Of a stretch of DNA of 64,000 bases, positions 8,821 to 19,295 are shown in pieces (position 1 is the stretch's first letter; every line of letters starts with the position of its first letter). Source of the DNA: an uncultured virus (IMG/VR IMGVR_UViG_3300047548_000908) (taxonomy: Duplodnaviria > Heunggongvirae > Uroviricota > Caudoviricetes). The DNA lies in IMG/VR virus record IMGVR_UViG_3300047548_000908, positions 62,001 to 126,000 of that record. One strand, given 5' to 3'. The notes beneath the pieces are model-generated. The model did not search any database and had not been told where the DNA came from. It saw only the letters and a list, made by a program, of their open reading frames with translations. Made by a program: the position numbers and the translations under genes.

Positions 8821-9432
8821 ATGACTATTTACTCTAACGACTTTACGCCCAACGATTTTTATGTTTACGCATATTTGCGTTCCAAAGACTCTGCGACTGC
8901 CAAAAAAGGTACCCCATATTATATAGGAAAAGGCAAAGATGGACGTGCGTTTAAAGAAACTAGAAAATTTAAACCAAAAGATAAAAGGTACATAGTAATA
9001 ATCGAACAAGGTCTAACTGAGCTAGGAGCGTTTGCACTTGAGCGTAGAATGATTCGTTGGTACGGTAGAAAAAACATAGGCACTGGAATTTTACAAAATA
9101 AGACTGACGGCGGCGAAGGTGTGACTGGGATGGTTGTATCATCGTCTGTCCGAGATCAGATTAGTGAAAAATTAAAAGGTAAAAAAAGGCCAAACTATGT
9201 AAAGGACAAAATTAGTAAAAGTAACAAAGGCAAAAAGCATTCAGTTGATGCAATTGAACGCATGAAAAAAACTAAAAAGTTAAACCCTCACTCGCCCTCA
9301 TCTAGCACTAGAACATCTATTAGAAATTCATTGCTAGCACAACCCAAATATTGTTGTTTGGGTTGTGCTAGAATCTTATCTTCTAGTAGAATAAATCTTC
9401 ACCATTGCAGGGTTGGGCAATTACTTTATTAA
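8821..9432 (+). mobile_element. free-standing GIY-YIG-like homing endonuclease with NUMOD3-like repeats
   Basis: FYVYAYLR...[32 protein letters not shown]; antisense to neighbours; ATG 8821 behind AAGGA. Confidence 0.8.
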
Positions 9433-9747
9433 TGTTGTTAATACCTTAAGTTTTTTCTTAGATTCTTCAATCTCACCAATAATACTAGCTACGGAAGGAT
9501 TGGTCTGGGCAAGTTTTTTAATCTCTTCCTCTTCCCGCATCTTTTCTTGCGCCCAGTTGATTATCTTTACCATGTCCTGCGATGCTGACAGATTGACGTT
9601 GTTATCAATATCCTGCCACCCGTAGCCTGTACTAACTTGAAATTTCTTACTATTACCATTCCATTGTACAGCGCCAGAAAAGGAAGGAAGATTACCTGTT
9701 CCCGTTTGATAAACAATAGGAGTATCGTAACTAGTAATGTTAATCAT
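9421..9747 (-). CDS. hypothetical protein
   Basis: 108-aa ORF coupled to the clamp gene. Confidence 0.65.
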   Translation of the reverse strand: MINITSYDTPIVYQTGTGNLPSFSGAVQWNGNSKKFQVSTGYGWQDIDNNVNLSASQDMVKIINWAQEKMREEEEIKKLAQTNPSVASIIGEIEESKKKLKVLTTLIK

Positions 9748-10478
9748 TTTGTCTGTGCAGGAACAATGTATTCATATTCAATCAAACCACTATCAACTAT
9801 GATCCTAGAAGCACCTTGGTTGTTGATATAGAATGTCTTATCCCCTGCAAGTCCCAAAATAAAGTTAATTTGTTCAACTGGCCAGTGCCACGTGGGGGAT
9901 ACCTTTGCCTTAACGTTTGGTTCAAAAACGAAGTTTCCACTTGTGGTCGCAGCGTCACCAAACATAACTTTTAGAGCACCGTTCTCTGTTGTCATTCGGA
10001 ACGAGGTTTCTTCGCTGTTTGCTTGCGCCTGTCTTTTCAATCGTTGAATACTAGCTACGCTAGGACTAAACTCAACATCCCATGTCTTTAGCTTAAATGA
10101 AAGCTCTTTGAGTTGTGATTCGACTGTGGCTGTACCCATTAGTCTAAAGTCGTTCACGAAATCACCAGCAGGACTCTCAAAGTGAAATGACGTAGGAGTA
10201 AGTTCAGAATCGTCTTCTTTTGATTTTCTGACTTCGAAGATTGCATCTTCGCCATACTCATCAAATCCTATAATAGTTTTAAGTCTATTTAGGTTAGGGA
10301 TACCAAACACACCAGTTAGATCAGCGTTTGGTGTTTTGAACTTTCCGTTAATGATTACACTTCTTGCTTCGTCTTTAGTGAATAGTTTTGTTTCAGTTTC
10401 AGTTCCGGTAATCTTAACCGTATTGATTCCTTTTAACCCATCGATGTGGGTAATGATGTCTAGTAGAATGTCTCTCAT
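9744..10478 (-). CDS. DNA polymerase sliding clamp (T4 gp45-like)
   Basis: 244 aa, adjacent to PolB, beta-rich, C-terminal YEYIVP. Confidence 0.65.
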   Translation of the reverse strand: MRDILLDIITHIDGLKGINTVKITGTETETKLFTKDEARSVIINGKFKTPNADLTGVFGIPNLNRLKTIIGFDEYGEDAIFEVRKSKEDDSELTPTSFHFESPAGDFVNDFRLMGTATVESQLKELSFKLKTWDVEFSPSVASIQRLKRQAQANSEETSFRMTTENGALKVMFGDAATTSGNFVFEPNVKAKVSPTWHWPVEQINFILGLAGDKTFYINNQGASRIIVDSGLIEYEYIVPAQTK

Positions 10479-10506
10479 ATGTTTTCCTTTGTTGTTTATT
10501 TAAAGC

Positions 10507-10548
10507 ATTGAACTACGCATTATAGTGGAATTTATTGCGTAGTTCAAT
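10507..10548 (-). promoter_or_regulatory. sigma70-type promoter TTGAAC-17-TATAAT inside a 13-bp inverted repeat
   Basis: attgaactacgca (10507-10519) / tgcgtagttcaat (10536-10548); -35 at 10542-10547, -10 at 10519-10524. Confidence 0.7.
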
Positions 10549-10554
10549 AGTGTA

Positions 10555-13305
10555 TTAAGCCAGTTCAAAAAGATCGTTAAACGTCGATTTGATGTTTGTC
10601 GCTGCTGCCAAATCCCAGTTCAACACCCCCAACAAGTTACCGATTTTCTTGTCAATAACAGTTGTCTCCATTGCGTCTTCATCAAATGGAAGTTCTTTGA
10701 ACCATTTGGGCAGTCTTGATTCATCAGTTGGATAAGCAATGCTTGTAATTTTCATGAGATTGGGGCGTAGCTTGCAGACTACGATACGCATACCATCAAC
10801 GATCCGCATACTATAGTTATCGTTGTGCATATCTCGCAGTAAATTCCAGTTGATAGCAGCCAATGCGTGTCCCACTCTACATTTACCTGTTTTCTCGTAA
10901 GTTTCAGTATGCTTAGTTAGGTTGTTAACTGACTTTGGACTTCCCTTTGTCCAGGGGTCCATTTCAGATATCAAGTACTTGAACTCCTTTACTAGTTCAA
11001 TAACTGGCTCTCTTCCCTTACCCTGAAGAACATTGATAAGAATGTGCATCAAAAAGTCCTGTACATGCTTAGGCGTGTCTGATCGTTTAAGATCAAGTCC
11101 CATTGCCTTGATCTTTCCCATCCCAAAGATAACACCTTTCTTCTTAGCCTTTTCCTCATCATAGAGGTCTAACCGATCCCCTTCTTTATCAAAGATGTTG
11201 ACTGCATATCTCTTCTTTGTGATAAAGATTCCCCTGTCGGCAATTAGCTCTCTTCCGCTCTTGATGATCGCTCCTTTGGACCTAGGTGCGTGAAATGCCT
11301 GTTCCATAAAAGCTGGGAAGCTATCATTTACTTGTTCACCCAAAGAATCATAAAGTTTTACAATAGTGTCTTTGTCCCAGTTAACTTCCCCATTTTCAAT
11401 GCTCTCTTTCAAAGTTGTATAGGCTGTGAAATAAGTAGAGTCAGTATCACCATAAACAATAGCAGGACCGTCGTGTTTATAGTCACCCGTGATTAACTCA
11501 TTAAGATATGAGCACTGATGTTTAACAATAGTTCTTCCTGTAAGTGTAACACTCTGACCAATACGTTTATCATAGTAACGACAATGTGCGTTAAGAAGAG
11601 CACCATACGCAGAGTTTAGGTTAATCTTACGAACAAGCTGTCGCTTATCCCAATACTCTTGATCTTCTTTAGTAGTCGCTTCTTTGAGGCTCTTCTGCAT
11701 CTTCTTACGATCAGAGTACCATCGAGAAAGTAGTCCAGGAATTACGCCTTCTTTCTCCATAGTAAAGATTGTGCCGTTAGCTGACAACACCCAATTCTTG
11801 TTACTAGCAAACACTAGTTTCCAAATATCTGCGGCGCTCATTTCTACACTTCTACCATCTTCGTAATCAAGAGTAAGCATAGTTCCTTCTTCTTGATTCA
11901 TGATAGAGGTATATTCTAGGCAGGAGAACAAGCCCTCCCATAAAATTGCACCATGATCTAGGTCTTCGTCATCTAGATCAGCTTCTGTCTTGTTTTTATT
12001 GCTGCGCTTCTCCAACGCTAGTTTCATTCCTTTATCGTGAAAGTATTTTTCAGTAAGGGTTTGTCGGACTTGTCCAATGATTGTTTCTGGCGCCATGTTG
12101 AGGGCTCTAATAGCCGAGGGATAGAGCGAGTTGAGGTCGACTGCTCCAATCCATTGATGCATACCTCTTTTGGGTACAGCAACATAGGCACCTGCCGCCG
12201 GGGTTTCGTCTTCTGCATGTTTTTTCCTTTTGTCTGGTACAATTAATCCACGTTCATGTGCTTCGTTAAAGATAGCCTGTTCGATCATTGCCACTGATCC
12301 CATTACCGTAGGCAATAGAACCGTGTTCTCATGTGCAAGATTGTTTGCCAAATCAAGAAACTTTAGCTTATTATGAATCTTGACCATAAGCATGGTATCT
12401 TGTCGATTGTACTCGATAAACTTTTTGAAGTCTTTGTTATACAATTGATCCAGTGTTCCTTCATAAGCAACCTTGTTTTCCCCAACTTCTAACTCACCAA
12501 TCGCATCTAGACTGTAACTATGCCGCCCTTCATAGTTGTACTTTTTATACAATTGAAGGTAGTCCATATGAACACGACCAACTAGGTCAAAGGTAGTTTC
12601 CTCTTTCCCAAACCTTTCGTACTTACGAGGTTTAGGAAGTTGATCCATAAGACAAAATTTCCTAGTGTCATTTTTGCTTAAAACTCGGGTACAACGATTC
12701 ACCATGTAGGGAATATCATAGCCCTCTGAGTTCCAGCCAGTAAGCACATCAGCATCCTCAATGAGTTGGAAAAAGCTTTCAAACAGCGCCTTTTCATCGA
12801 CCAACAAAGTATTTTCAAACTCAGATGTGATCTCCTCTGCTGTCTCCATAGACATGTGAGATGGTTTAACTACAAGAGTTACAAGTTGATCAAGCCAATC
12901 CAAATAAACTGAAACAGCCGTAATTGGATTAAAGGGATCAGAAGTAGGACTAAACCCTTTCTCTTTGTGAAAGCCAACCTCAATATCAAAAAACGCAGTA
13001 TGTAGCTTAGGCGGATCTTGATTCAAGTAGTTTTCGCTTAGGCAACGAAACACTACATTGATGTCACTTTCAAACAACTTTTTGTTGTTATGAATCCGTT
13101 TTTCTTTTTCAAACTCTGCTCTGCTTCTTGCAGTAAATTTAGTTAATGGATCACCAAAGATGCTACGATGCTTACCCCTAGGATCTGTATAATAGAATGT
13201 CCAGTTTGGCGAATATTCTTTGTATTCTCTTTGGCCTTTACTCGTCCGCTCGACAACATAAATCTTGTCAGCATCACGATCATAAATTGCATCCACGTAG
13301 GGCAT
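10555..13305 (-). CDS. family B DNA polymerase with 3'-5' exonuclease
   Basis: FFDIE, GWNSEGYDIPY, YNRQD, DLNSLYPS, KINLNSAYG, YGDTDS, KKRY. Confidence 0.95.
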   Translation of the reverse strand: MPYVDAIYDRDADKIYVVERTSKGQREYKEYSPNWTFYYTDPRGKHRSIFGDPLTKFTARSRAEFEKEKRIHNNKKLFESDINVVFRCLSENYLNQDPPKLHTAFFDIEVGFHKEKGFSPTSDPFNPITAVSVYLDWLDQLVTLVVKPSHMSMETAEEITSEFENTLLVDEKALFESFFQLIEDADVLTGWNSEGYDIPYMVNRCTRVLSKNDTRKFCLMDQLPKPRKYERFGKEETTFDLVGRVHMDYLQLYKKYNYEGRHSYSLDAIGELEVGENKVAYEGTLDQLYNKDFKKFIEYNRQDTMLMVKIHNKLKFLDLANNLAHENTVLLPTVMGSVAMIEQAIFNEAHERGLIVPDKRKKHAEDETPAAGAYVAVPKRGMHQWIGAVDLNSLYPSAIRALNMAPETIIGQVRQTLTEKYFHDKGMKLALEKRSNKNKTEADLDDEDLDHGAILWEGLFSCLEYTSIMNQEEGTMLTLDYEDGRSVEMSAADIWKLVFASNKNWVLSANGTIFTMEKEGVIPGLLSRWYSDRKKMQKSLKEATTKEDQEYWDKRQLVRKINLNSAYGALLNAHCRYYDKRIGQSVTLTGRTIVKHQCSYLNELITGDYKHDGPAIVYGDTDSTYFTAYTTLKESIENGEVNWDKDTIVKLYDSLGEQVNDSFPAFMEQAFHAPRSKGAIIKSGRELIADRGIFITKKRYAVNIFDKEGDRLDLYDEEKAKKKGVIFGMGKIKAMGLDLKRSDTPKHVQDFLMHILINVLQGKGREPVIELVKEFKYLISEMDPWTKGSPKSVNNLTKHTETYEKTGKCRVGHALAAINWNLLRDMHNDNYSMRIVDGMRIVVCKLRPNLMKITSIAYPTDESRLPKWFKELPFDEDAMETTVIDKKIGNLLGVLNWDLAAATNIKSTFNDLFELA

Positions 13306-13306
13306 A

Positions 13307-13567
13307 TTAAAGAGTCTTTCCTGCCATTTCTAGAATTTCGTTTAGCTCTTCATTATCTTTATTAGTTTGAGTAAGCCCAGATTTGTAAGCGATTCTAACC
13401 GCTTTTTTGAGAATGCTGGGTTTGATTTCTAGCTCTTCCGCTATTGCTTTGATAGTGTCGTTGAGTCCTCCTTGTAGCGACTCGACTTCACTAAGAGTGG
13501 AGATACCCTCGTTGATTAGCTGGGTAATTTTGATTTTTGCATCCGCTGAAAAGGTTCTTGTAGTCAT
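13307..13567 (-). CDS. small dsDNA-binding protein (T4 DsbA/GapR-like)
   Basis: 86-aa helical protein, IKAIAEELEIKPSILKKAVRIAYK. Confidence 0.5.
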   Translation of the reverse strand: MTTRTFSADAKIKITQLINEGISTLSEVESLQGGLNDTIKAIAEELEIKPSILKKAVRIAYKSGLTQTNKDNEELNEILEMAGKTL

Positions 13568-13570
13568 AAA

Positions 13571-13617
13571 AACTCCTGTAAAGAATACAGTATATAGTAG
13601 TCAGTACAGGAGTTCAA
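13571..13617 (-). promoter_or_regulatory. sigma70-type promoter TTGAAC-17-TATACT inside a 10-bp inverted repeat that covers the RBS
   Basis: aactcctgta (13571-13580) / tacaggagtt (13605-13614); -35 at 13612-13617, -10 at 13589-13594. Confidence 0.7.
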
Positions 13618-13644
13618 TATTTTGTTTACCTTTTATTAAGTTGT

Positions 13645-15711
13645 TTAGTCGATTGCTGCAAACCCATAACCTGCGGGACTTTCTATACCCATAGCCCTCA
13701 ACTTATTCCTAAATTGCATTCTTGCACCATCCATGTCGCCTGTTCTGGCATAAAATGCGGCTAGAATAGTTTCTGGATTATCAATTGAGTAGACTTTGTA
13801 TAAAGTGCTACCGGATGCTGAATCTGGTGCATATCTTTGGGCCGCTGGGTGTGATCTGCCTTCTTCCTCATATGGGCGAACAGGGGTAGCTTGTAGAGCA
13901 CTTTGAACCCCAGCCCATTCCGGATAGTTCCCCGGCATCACTGCTCTAGCAATAGCTGCTTCTTGACTGTCTGCAACAACTTCAATTCCGGCTGCACTGT
14001 TAGCAGGATTGGTCACACGCCACCAGTACTTTTTGCCATCAGTACCTGGTTTTTGCTTGGAAAAATACATAGACCTTACTTTAGCTAATTTTTCTCGGAA
14101 CTCTGATTTAGATATCTCACCGGTTACCGTCTTATAAAACAGCTCAACTAAGAGTTGGTATTGTACTTGTTTCACAGGAGGATCTACCGAAACTAATTGT
14201 CTTCTTCCTTTACCTGGAACGTCAAACATCTTTTTGGGACCCTTAGCATTTATCGGATCTTCTGGGTCATAATACTGAAATTCTGATGGTTTAAGTAGGT
14301 TATATAACTTTTTACCATATTCATTTTTATATTTGTCAGGGTCTGAGGCAATATCTAGTGCCACTACGAAACGAAGTAAAGTGTTCTTGAGTAACTTGAT
14401 ATCTGCATTAAGCCAATCACCACCTGGACTTCTAAACTCAACATACCCGTCTTTAACATTAATACTAGTATATTTGCTTGTTGCTCTGTTGTGAATAATA
14501 GCACTAGCTTTATATCCTAAATTAGTTCTCATTTGTTCAAAGGCAGTCTTGGCTTTGTCAGGTCTATTAACAATAACCTTTTTAATTATTTTCATAGCCG
14601 ATTCACAATATCGATTAGCTTCTCTGCCAAACTCTTCTAATACATATTCATCACCTAAAAATAATGCTAGTTTAACATAGTCTAGGTCTTTCGTTCCCTT
14701 TCCCTGAACACTAATATTCATGTGCAGTCCAGTGTGATAGTCATCACCAGTGTAGCATCCTTTACTTTTTGCCCATGCAATAACTTTATCTAGATCATCA
14801 AACATTTCATTTATAGGCAAAGGTGGGCTAATGAATTCTAAACCAGAATCGCTATCACTATCTCCTTCAAGGCTAGTATCCTTTTCAACTCTATAGTTAT
14901 CTGTTTGACTAAATTCACCTGAGTGATAGTCACCATAAGTAACAGGTCTTCCTATAATTTTTTCAAACTCTACTGCGACAGAACCCATACTTTGTCCGCT
15001 ACCCCCACTTTCTTCCATTGATGTATAATAAGGCCAGGTTATATCGTACTGATCTACAACATCGGTCATGTAGCGTATTCCTTGATCTGAAAGGAAATTA
15101 CTCTCGTCTAGGTTATTCTCATCGTGCCAGTTTTCTATGAATTGTTTTCTGGCATTTCGATAAACCCAGCCCTTTTCGTTATCCCATTCGTTATCTAGCC
15201 ATTCTTCTTTTTCTTCTGCTAGCTTTGCCATTATTAGATTTTCAATCTCTTCTTCGTCAGCATCATCACCCAATTTGTCTCTGATTCGTTCTTCTATATC
15301 TTCTCTTGTAGTTTCTTCATCGAATTGATCATCTGCCCAGTTATCAAAGAACTCTCTTCCCTCGTCACTTCTCCAAGCATCATCTGCTTTTTTGTTCATC
15401 CAATCATCAAATTGATCATTGAATGTAGATGCAAGACGATTGATCTCATCACGAGAATTATACCCTTCACCGCCCGAAAAAAAATTTAAAATTGAATCAA
15501 AATCAAGTGCTCGCTGATCGTAATCATAGTCTGGCTCTGGCACAAAATCATCGTCATCATATTCTTTAACCGATACATCAGGAACAATCATCTCAAATTC
15601 CATACCAGCTTTAGCAGAGATTGAAGCTGCCATTTTTTTAAGAGCAGAAGGTGACATATTCACCTCATTCAATAGCATCTCTGTTATTAATCCAAATTCT
15701 GTAAATCTCAT
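13645..15711 (-). CDS. putative amidoligase (COOH-NH2 ligase), paralog 1
   Basis: GMEFE, EKDTSL, GLEFISPP, TGLHMNIS, KYTSIN, VEFRSPGG. Confidence 0.8.
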   Translation of the reverse strand: MRFTEFGLITEMLLNEVNMSPSALKKMAASISAKAGMEFEMIVPDVSVKEYDDDDFVPEPDYDYDQRALDFDSILNFFSGGEGYNSRDEINRLASTFNDQFDDWMNKKADDAWRSDEGREFFDNWADDQFDEETTREDIEERIRDKLGDDADEEEIENLIMAKLAEEKEEWLDNEWDNEKGWVYRNARKQFIENWHDENNLDESNFLSDQGIRYMTDVVDQYDITWPYYTSMEESGGSGQSMGSVAVEFEKIIGRPVTYGDYHSGEFSQTDNYRVEKDTSLEGDSDSDSGLEFISPPLPINEMFDDLDKVIAWAKSKGCYTGDDYHTGLHMNISVQGKGTKDLDYVKLALFLGDEYVLEEFGREANRYCESAMKIIKKVIVNRPDKAKTAFEQMRTNLGYKASAIIHNRATSKYTSINVKDGYVEFRSPGGDWLNADIKLLKNTLLRFVVALDIASDPDKYKNEYGKKLYNLLKPSEFQYYDPEDPINAKGPKKMFDVPGKGRRQLVSVDPPVKQVQYQLLVELFYKTVTGEISKSEFREKLAKVRSMYFSKQKPGTDGKKYWWRVTNPANSAAGIEVVADSQEAAIARAVMPGNYPEWAGVQSALQATPVRPYEEEGRSHPAAQRYAPDSASGSTLYKVYSIDNPETILAAFYARTGDMDGARMQFRNKLRAMGIESPAGYGFAAID

Positions 15712-15729
15712 TTACTTTTCCCTAATTTA

Positions 15730-17691
15730 TTAATTTCGAACAGGTTCATACCCAAAATCATCAAGATTAGAATCCCATCCCCAAGTAGCCAATCTACTCT
15801 TAAACTGTCTTTGAGCGTCGCTTATGCTTGTCGTCCTAGCCACAAAAGTTCCTTGTGTTTCTTCAGGATCATCTACTGCAAATATTCTAAACCTAGTGTA
15901 TCCCTCGGGCACTGGAGCATCCTCATCTGGTTGTCTTGATGCAGGCGTGATCTCTGCCGGTTTAATAAACGCTTTAGCACCTTGCATCATTTCATGTGAT
16001 GGTAACACTCCCCATTCTTCTGCTGCTTTATTTAATGCGTCTTCCTTTGATTTAGCCAGTAATTCCATGCTAAAACGTCCGGTAGCATCGGTTACGATCC
16101 AAATAAGGTTAAATTTTGAATTCGGATCATACCCCCTCATTTTTTCAATGCTCCAAGACTGTCGAACTGCTTTAATTGCACTTCTAAATTGATCTTCTGT
16201 AATTTCATTGGCGGTAAACTTTGAAAACAAACTGACTAAGTACAGGTAGTCTTTTATATGTTTGTCGTCAACAACAGGTACTTGTTTTAAACCTTTACCT
16301 GGTGTACTTACGAACTTAGTAGGTTGCTTTAGATTAGCAGGATCTTCAGGGTCGTAATATTGAAATTCAGTAGGCTTAAGTAGATTGTATAATTTTTTAC
16401 CATATTCATTTTTATACTTGTCGGGATCTGAGGCAATATCTAATGCTACCACAAATCTACTGAGAGTATCTTTTAGTTTACCTATGTCTGCTTCTAACCA
16501 ATCACCACCTGGACTTCTAAACTCGACATATCCGCTTTTTACGTTAATGCTAGTATACTTACTAGTAGAGCGTTCATGTATTATAGCACTAGCTCTATAT
16601 CCTAAATTGACTTTCATTTTTGCTAGTGCCTCTTTGGCTCTATTTGGCTGAGTCATGATGATATTTTTGATTTTTTTCATAGCAGCTTCGCAGTAAATAC
16701 TTGCTTCCCTGCCAAACTCCTTCAGTATATATTCGTCACCCAAGAACAACGCTAGTTTAACGTAGTCTAGGTCTTGTGTTCCCTTCCCCTGAACACTAAT
16801 ATTCATGTGCAGTCCGGTGTTGTTTTTGTGACTAGTGTAGCATCCTTTATCTTTTGCCCAGGATATTACTTTTTCTAGATCATCAAACATTTCACTAATC
16901 GGCAATGGAGGACTAATGAACTCCAACCCAGTATCATTCGTGCTACTGGGTTCTAAACTACCATCTTTTTCAACTCTATAGTTATCTGTTTGAGAACGTT
17001 CTCCTGAATGATAGTCGCCATGAGTAACAGGTCTTCCTATAACCTGTTCAAACTCTGCTGCTACCGTCCCTATTCCATCGTTATTGGATATCCAATAAGG
17101 CCAAGTTATATTATAACTTCTCTCCACATCCGACATGTATCTATAATTTTCTCTCAACCAAATCCTTTGAAAATCTTCCCAATATTGGGATTGATAATCT
17201 TCAAGAAACTCATCATAAACGTTTTGATAGTTATGGTCTTGTTTTTTGATGGCTCGTTCAATCATGGAATCTATAGCCTCATCAACTGAATCAAATCCAG
17301 CGTCATTAGCCATTTCTTCAGTCATTTCCCCTTCAAAACGTTCTCTTAAAAGATCCTCTTTCTCTTCATTCCATTTTTCGTCCAGTTGCTCCATAAACCA
17401 ATCAGAATAATCAGTTACTAGGCTTTCGATGAGTAACTGGACATCTCTTCTTGAGTTATAATTTCCATCATCAAAAAAGTCTTCTATTTGAGAAAAGCTG
17501 GTAGCTCGTTCATCAGGATCGTAATCTTGTTCTAAATCGTCACCAGTGTCTTCAACATCAGGAACTATCATCTCAAATTCCATGCCTGCCATAGCATCAA
17601 TTGACTTGACCGCTTGTGCTAGAATGGTCGGCTTCATGCTTGCTTCGCCCAACGTCATCTCTGTCAATAATCCAAAATCTACAAATCTCAT
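15730..17691 (-). CDS. putative amidoligase, paralog 2
   Basis: GMEFE, EKDGSL, GLEFISPP, TGLHMNIS, KYTSIN, VEFRSPGG; closely similar to paralog 1. Confidence 0.8.
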   Translation of the reverse strand: MRFVDFGLLTEMTLGEASMKPTILAQAVKSIDAMAGMEFEMIVPDVEDTGDDLEQDYDPDERATSFSQIEDFFDDGNYNSRRDVQLLIESLVTDYSDWFMEQLDEKWNEEKEDLLRERFEGEMTEEMANDAGFDSVDEAIDSMIERAIKKQDHNYQNVYDEFLEDYQSQYWEDFQRIWLRENYRYMSDVERSYNITWPYWISNNDGIGTVAAEFEQVIGRPVTHGDYHSGERSQTDNYRVEKDGSLEPSSTNDTGLEFISPPLPISEMFDDLEKVISWAKDKGCYTSHKNNTGLHMNISVQGKGTQDLDYVKLALFLGDEYILKEFGREASIYCEAAMKKIKNIIMTQPNRAKEALAKMKVNLGYRASAIIHERSTSKYTSINVKSGYVEFRSPGGDWLEADIGKLKDTLSRFVVALDIASDPDKYKNEYGKKLYNLLKPTEFQYYDPEDPANLKQPTKFVSTPGKGLKQVPVVDDKHIKDYLYLVSLFSKFTANEITEDQFRSAIKAVRQSWSIEKMRGYDPNSKFNLIWIVTDATGRFSMELLAKSKEDALNKAAEEWGVLPSHEMMQGAKAFIKPAEITPASRQPDEDAPVPEGYTRFRIFAVDDPEETQGTFVARTTSISDAQRQFKSRLATWGWDSNLDDFGYEPVRN

Positions 17692-19295
17692 TTACTTGTC
17701 TCCGATGCGAACCATGGGTCAATGATTACTAGTGTACCATCTTTTCTTTGCATTACGTTCTCTGTATGTAAATCCCATCCTAGTTTATTTATACGTCCGG
17801 TGTGATATAACAATCTCATCATAGAGTACAATACTGCATACTCTTGAACTTCTTTTCTAGACAACATGCTTAGATCATGCAAAATTTCTCCATACATTAA
17901 TCCTGTCCAATGTTCCCATGTTTCCTCTTTTCTCACAGTCAGTAGTGCCTGTCTCCAAGTCATTCCATTAGAAGCACAGTCACTAAGAATCCAAACCATT
18001 GCCTCTTTAAAAGTATCCTCAGGAATTGGATGAAGTTTTTCCATTGCTATTTGAATGAACTGCCTACCATCTAACATAAAGGTAGTGTGATGTCTGCCTC
18101 CTATCGACACGAATTTTGGTAGGCAATCAAAATTATCAAACTTTTGACAAAACTCATAGAATTTATAAAAGGTTCTTGCCGCAAAAGTAATGTCGTCGCT
18201 ACTATCCGGCATTATAATCTTTATGACGGTAGATTCATCTTTAGTCCAAACGCTTGCATCAGCGCCTCGCCCTAACATAGTATATCCTGCATCCTGCAAT
18301 GTATCAACTATCTTTTGCTCTGGTGTATCGGATGCAACTTCAAGTATTTCTTCTTCGTCGTCAAGGTCACTTAAATCAACATAGTTAATGGGGACTCGTT
18401 TGAATACTGCTGCCAATGCACGATGATTTCCATCAACTATCCTGTTATTTGCTATTAAAATAATACTACTAGATAACCCAGGATTGTTCTCATAGTCTCT
18501 AACGATATCTATTTGCTCTGGCTTCATGATATCAAGAATTTCATCTTCGTGTTCTACACGATACTGATTTGTTATCAGTATCTTAAGCTTAAACGGGGAG
18601 ATTTGATTAACAGTAAGAGGTTTATCTAAATCACTTGGTCTAACATAATCCCAAAAGGCTTCATATTCATCAGGTAAATCACCGTGATATAAGTTATTGA
18701 GCGTAGTTTGATTAACTGATTCAGTTACCAATCCACGCTTGTCTCTCCAATCACTTGGATCTCTATCGTAGTTTATATTACTGAACGTAAGTACTGATCC
18801 TCCGTCCGATCTTTGATATGGTTTATTCTTAACCCAACCTGGATTCACTTCGTGCAGTGCTGCTAATATTCTATCCATGTATCTTATGTAAATGCTTGCT
18901 CGTCTTCCAAATGCAATCATTTTAACACTGCTTGTATCGTACTCTGAGACAAACGCAGGGAGTTCTTTTATAACTAGATTCATCCAAGTTCGAACTAATG
19001 GAGTTGCATCTTTGGCATACTCTGCATCGTCATACTTAGTGTATGAATCATCTACAGTAGCTAGCAATTCTACCTTACTGCCATATCTTTTGAATATCAC
19101 TTGTGAAGGAGGTAATCCAGGCTTTCTTATAACCTGCCAAGTTTTGCTACTTGGTTGTTGATCAACCAGTTTAGTATCAAGTTCAGCTAGCAACTTCTGT
19201 CGTGATCGCTGCGATTTTGAAAAGTGCCTTCCTTTTGTCATATTTTTTTCTGTTATCTTAATTTCTGCTAGGTTATCAGCGAGTTCATCTAACAT
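17688..19295 (-). CDS. multidomain protein: unknown + ParB/Srx-like + protein-kinase-like
   Basis: IVDGNHRALAA (ParB); LGRGADASVW, VIKI, MEKL, DLHTENVM, IIDP (kinase). Confidence 0.72.
   Translation of the reverse strand: MLDELADNLAEIKITEKNMTKGRHFSKSQRSRQKLLAELDTKLVDQQPSSKTWQVIRKPGLPPSQVIFKRYGSKVELLATVDDSYTKYDDAEYAKDATPLVRTWMNLVIKELPAFVSEYDTSSVKMIAFGRRASIYIRYMDRILAALHEVNPGWVKNKPYQRSDGGSVLTFSNINYDRDPSDWRDKRGLVTESVNQTTLNNLYHGDLPDEYEAFWDYVRPSDLDKPLTVNQISPFKLKILITNQYRVEHEDEILDIMKPEQIDIVRDYENNPGLSSSIILIANNRIVDGNHRALAAVFKRVPINYVDLSDLDDEEEILEVASDTPEQKIVDTLQDAGYTMLGRGADASVWTKDESTVIKIIMPDSSDDITFAARTFYKFYEFCQKFDNFDCLPKFVSIGGRHHTTFMLDGRQFIQIAMEKLHPIPEDTFKEAMVWILSDCASNGMTWRQALLTVRKEETWEHWTGLMYGEILHDLSMLSRKEVQEYAVLYSMMRLLYHTGRINKLGWDLHTENVMQRKDGTLVIIDPWFASETSK

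Noticed and set aside
11780..12060. Intein in the DNA polymerase between motifs A and B
   Set aside because: Short insertion lacking a Cys/Ser start, a His-Asn end and LAGLIDADG motifs
13645..17691. Diversity-generating retroelement or invertible cassette behind the similar amidoligase copies
   Set aside because: No reverse transcriptase or recombinase in the window, and differences are not adenine-restricted; ordinary tandem duplication explains it
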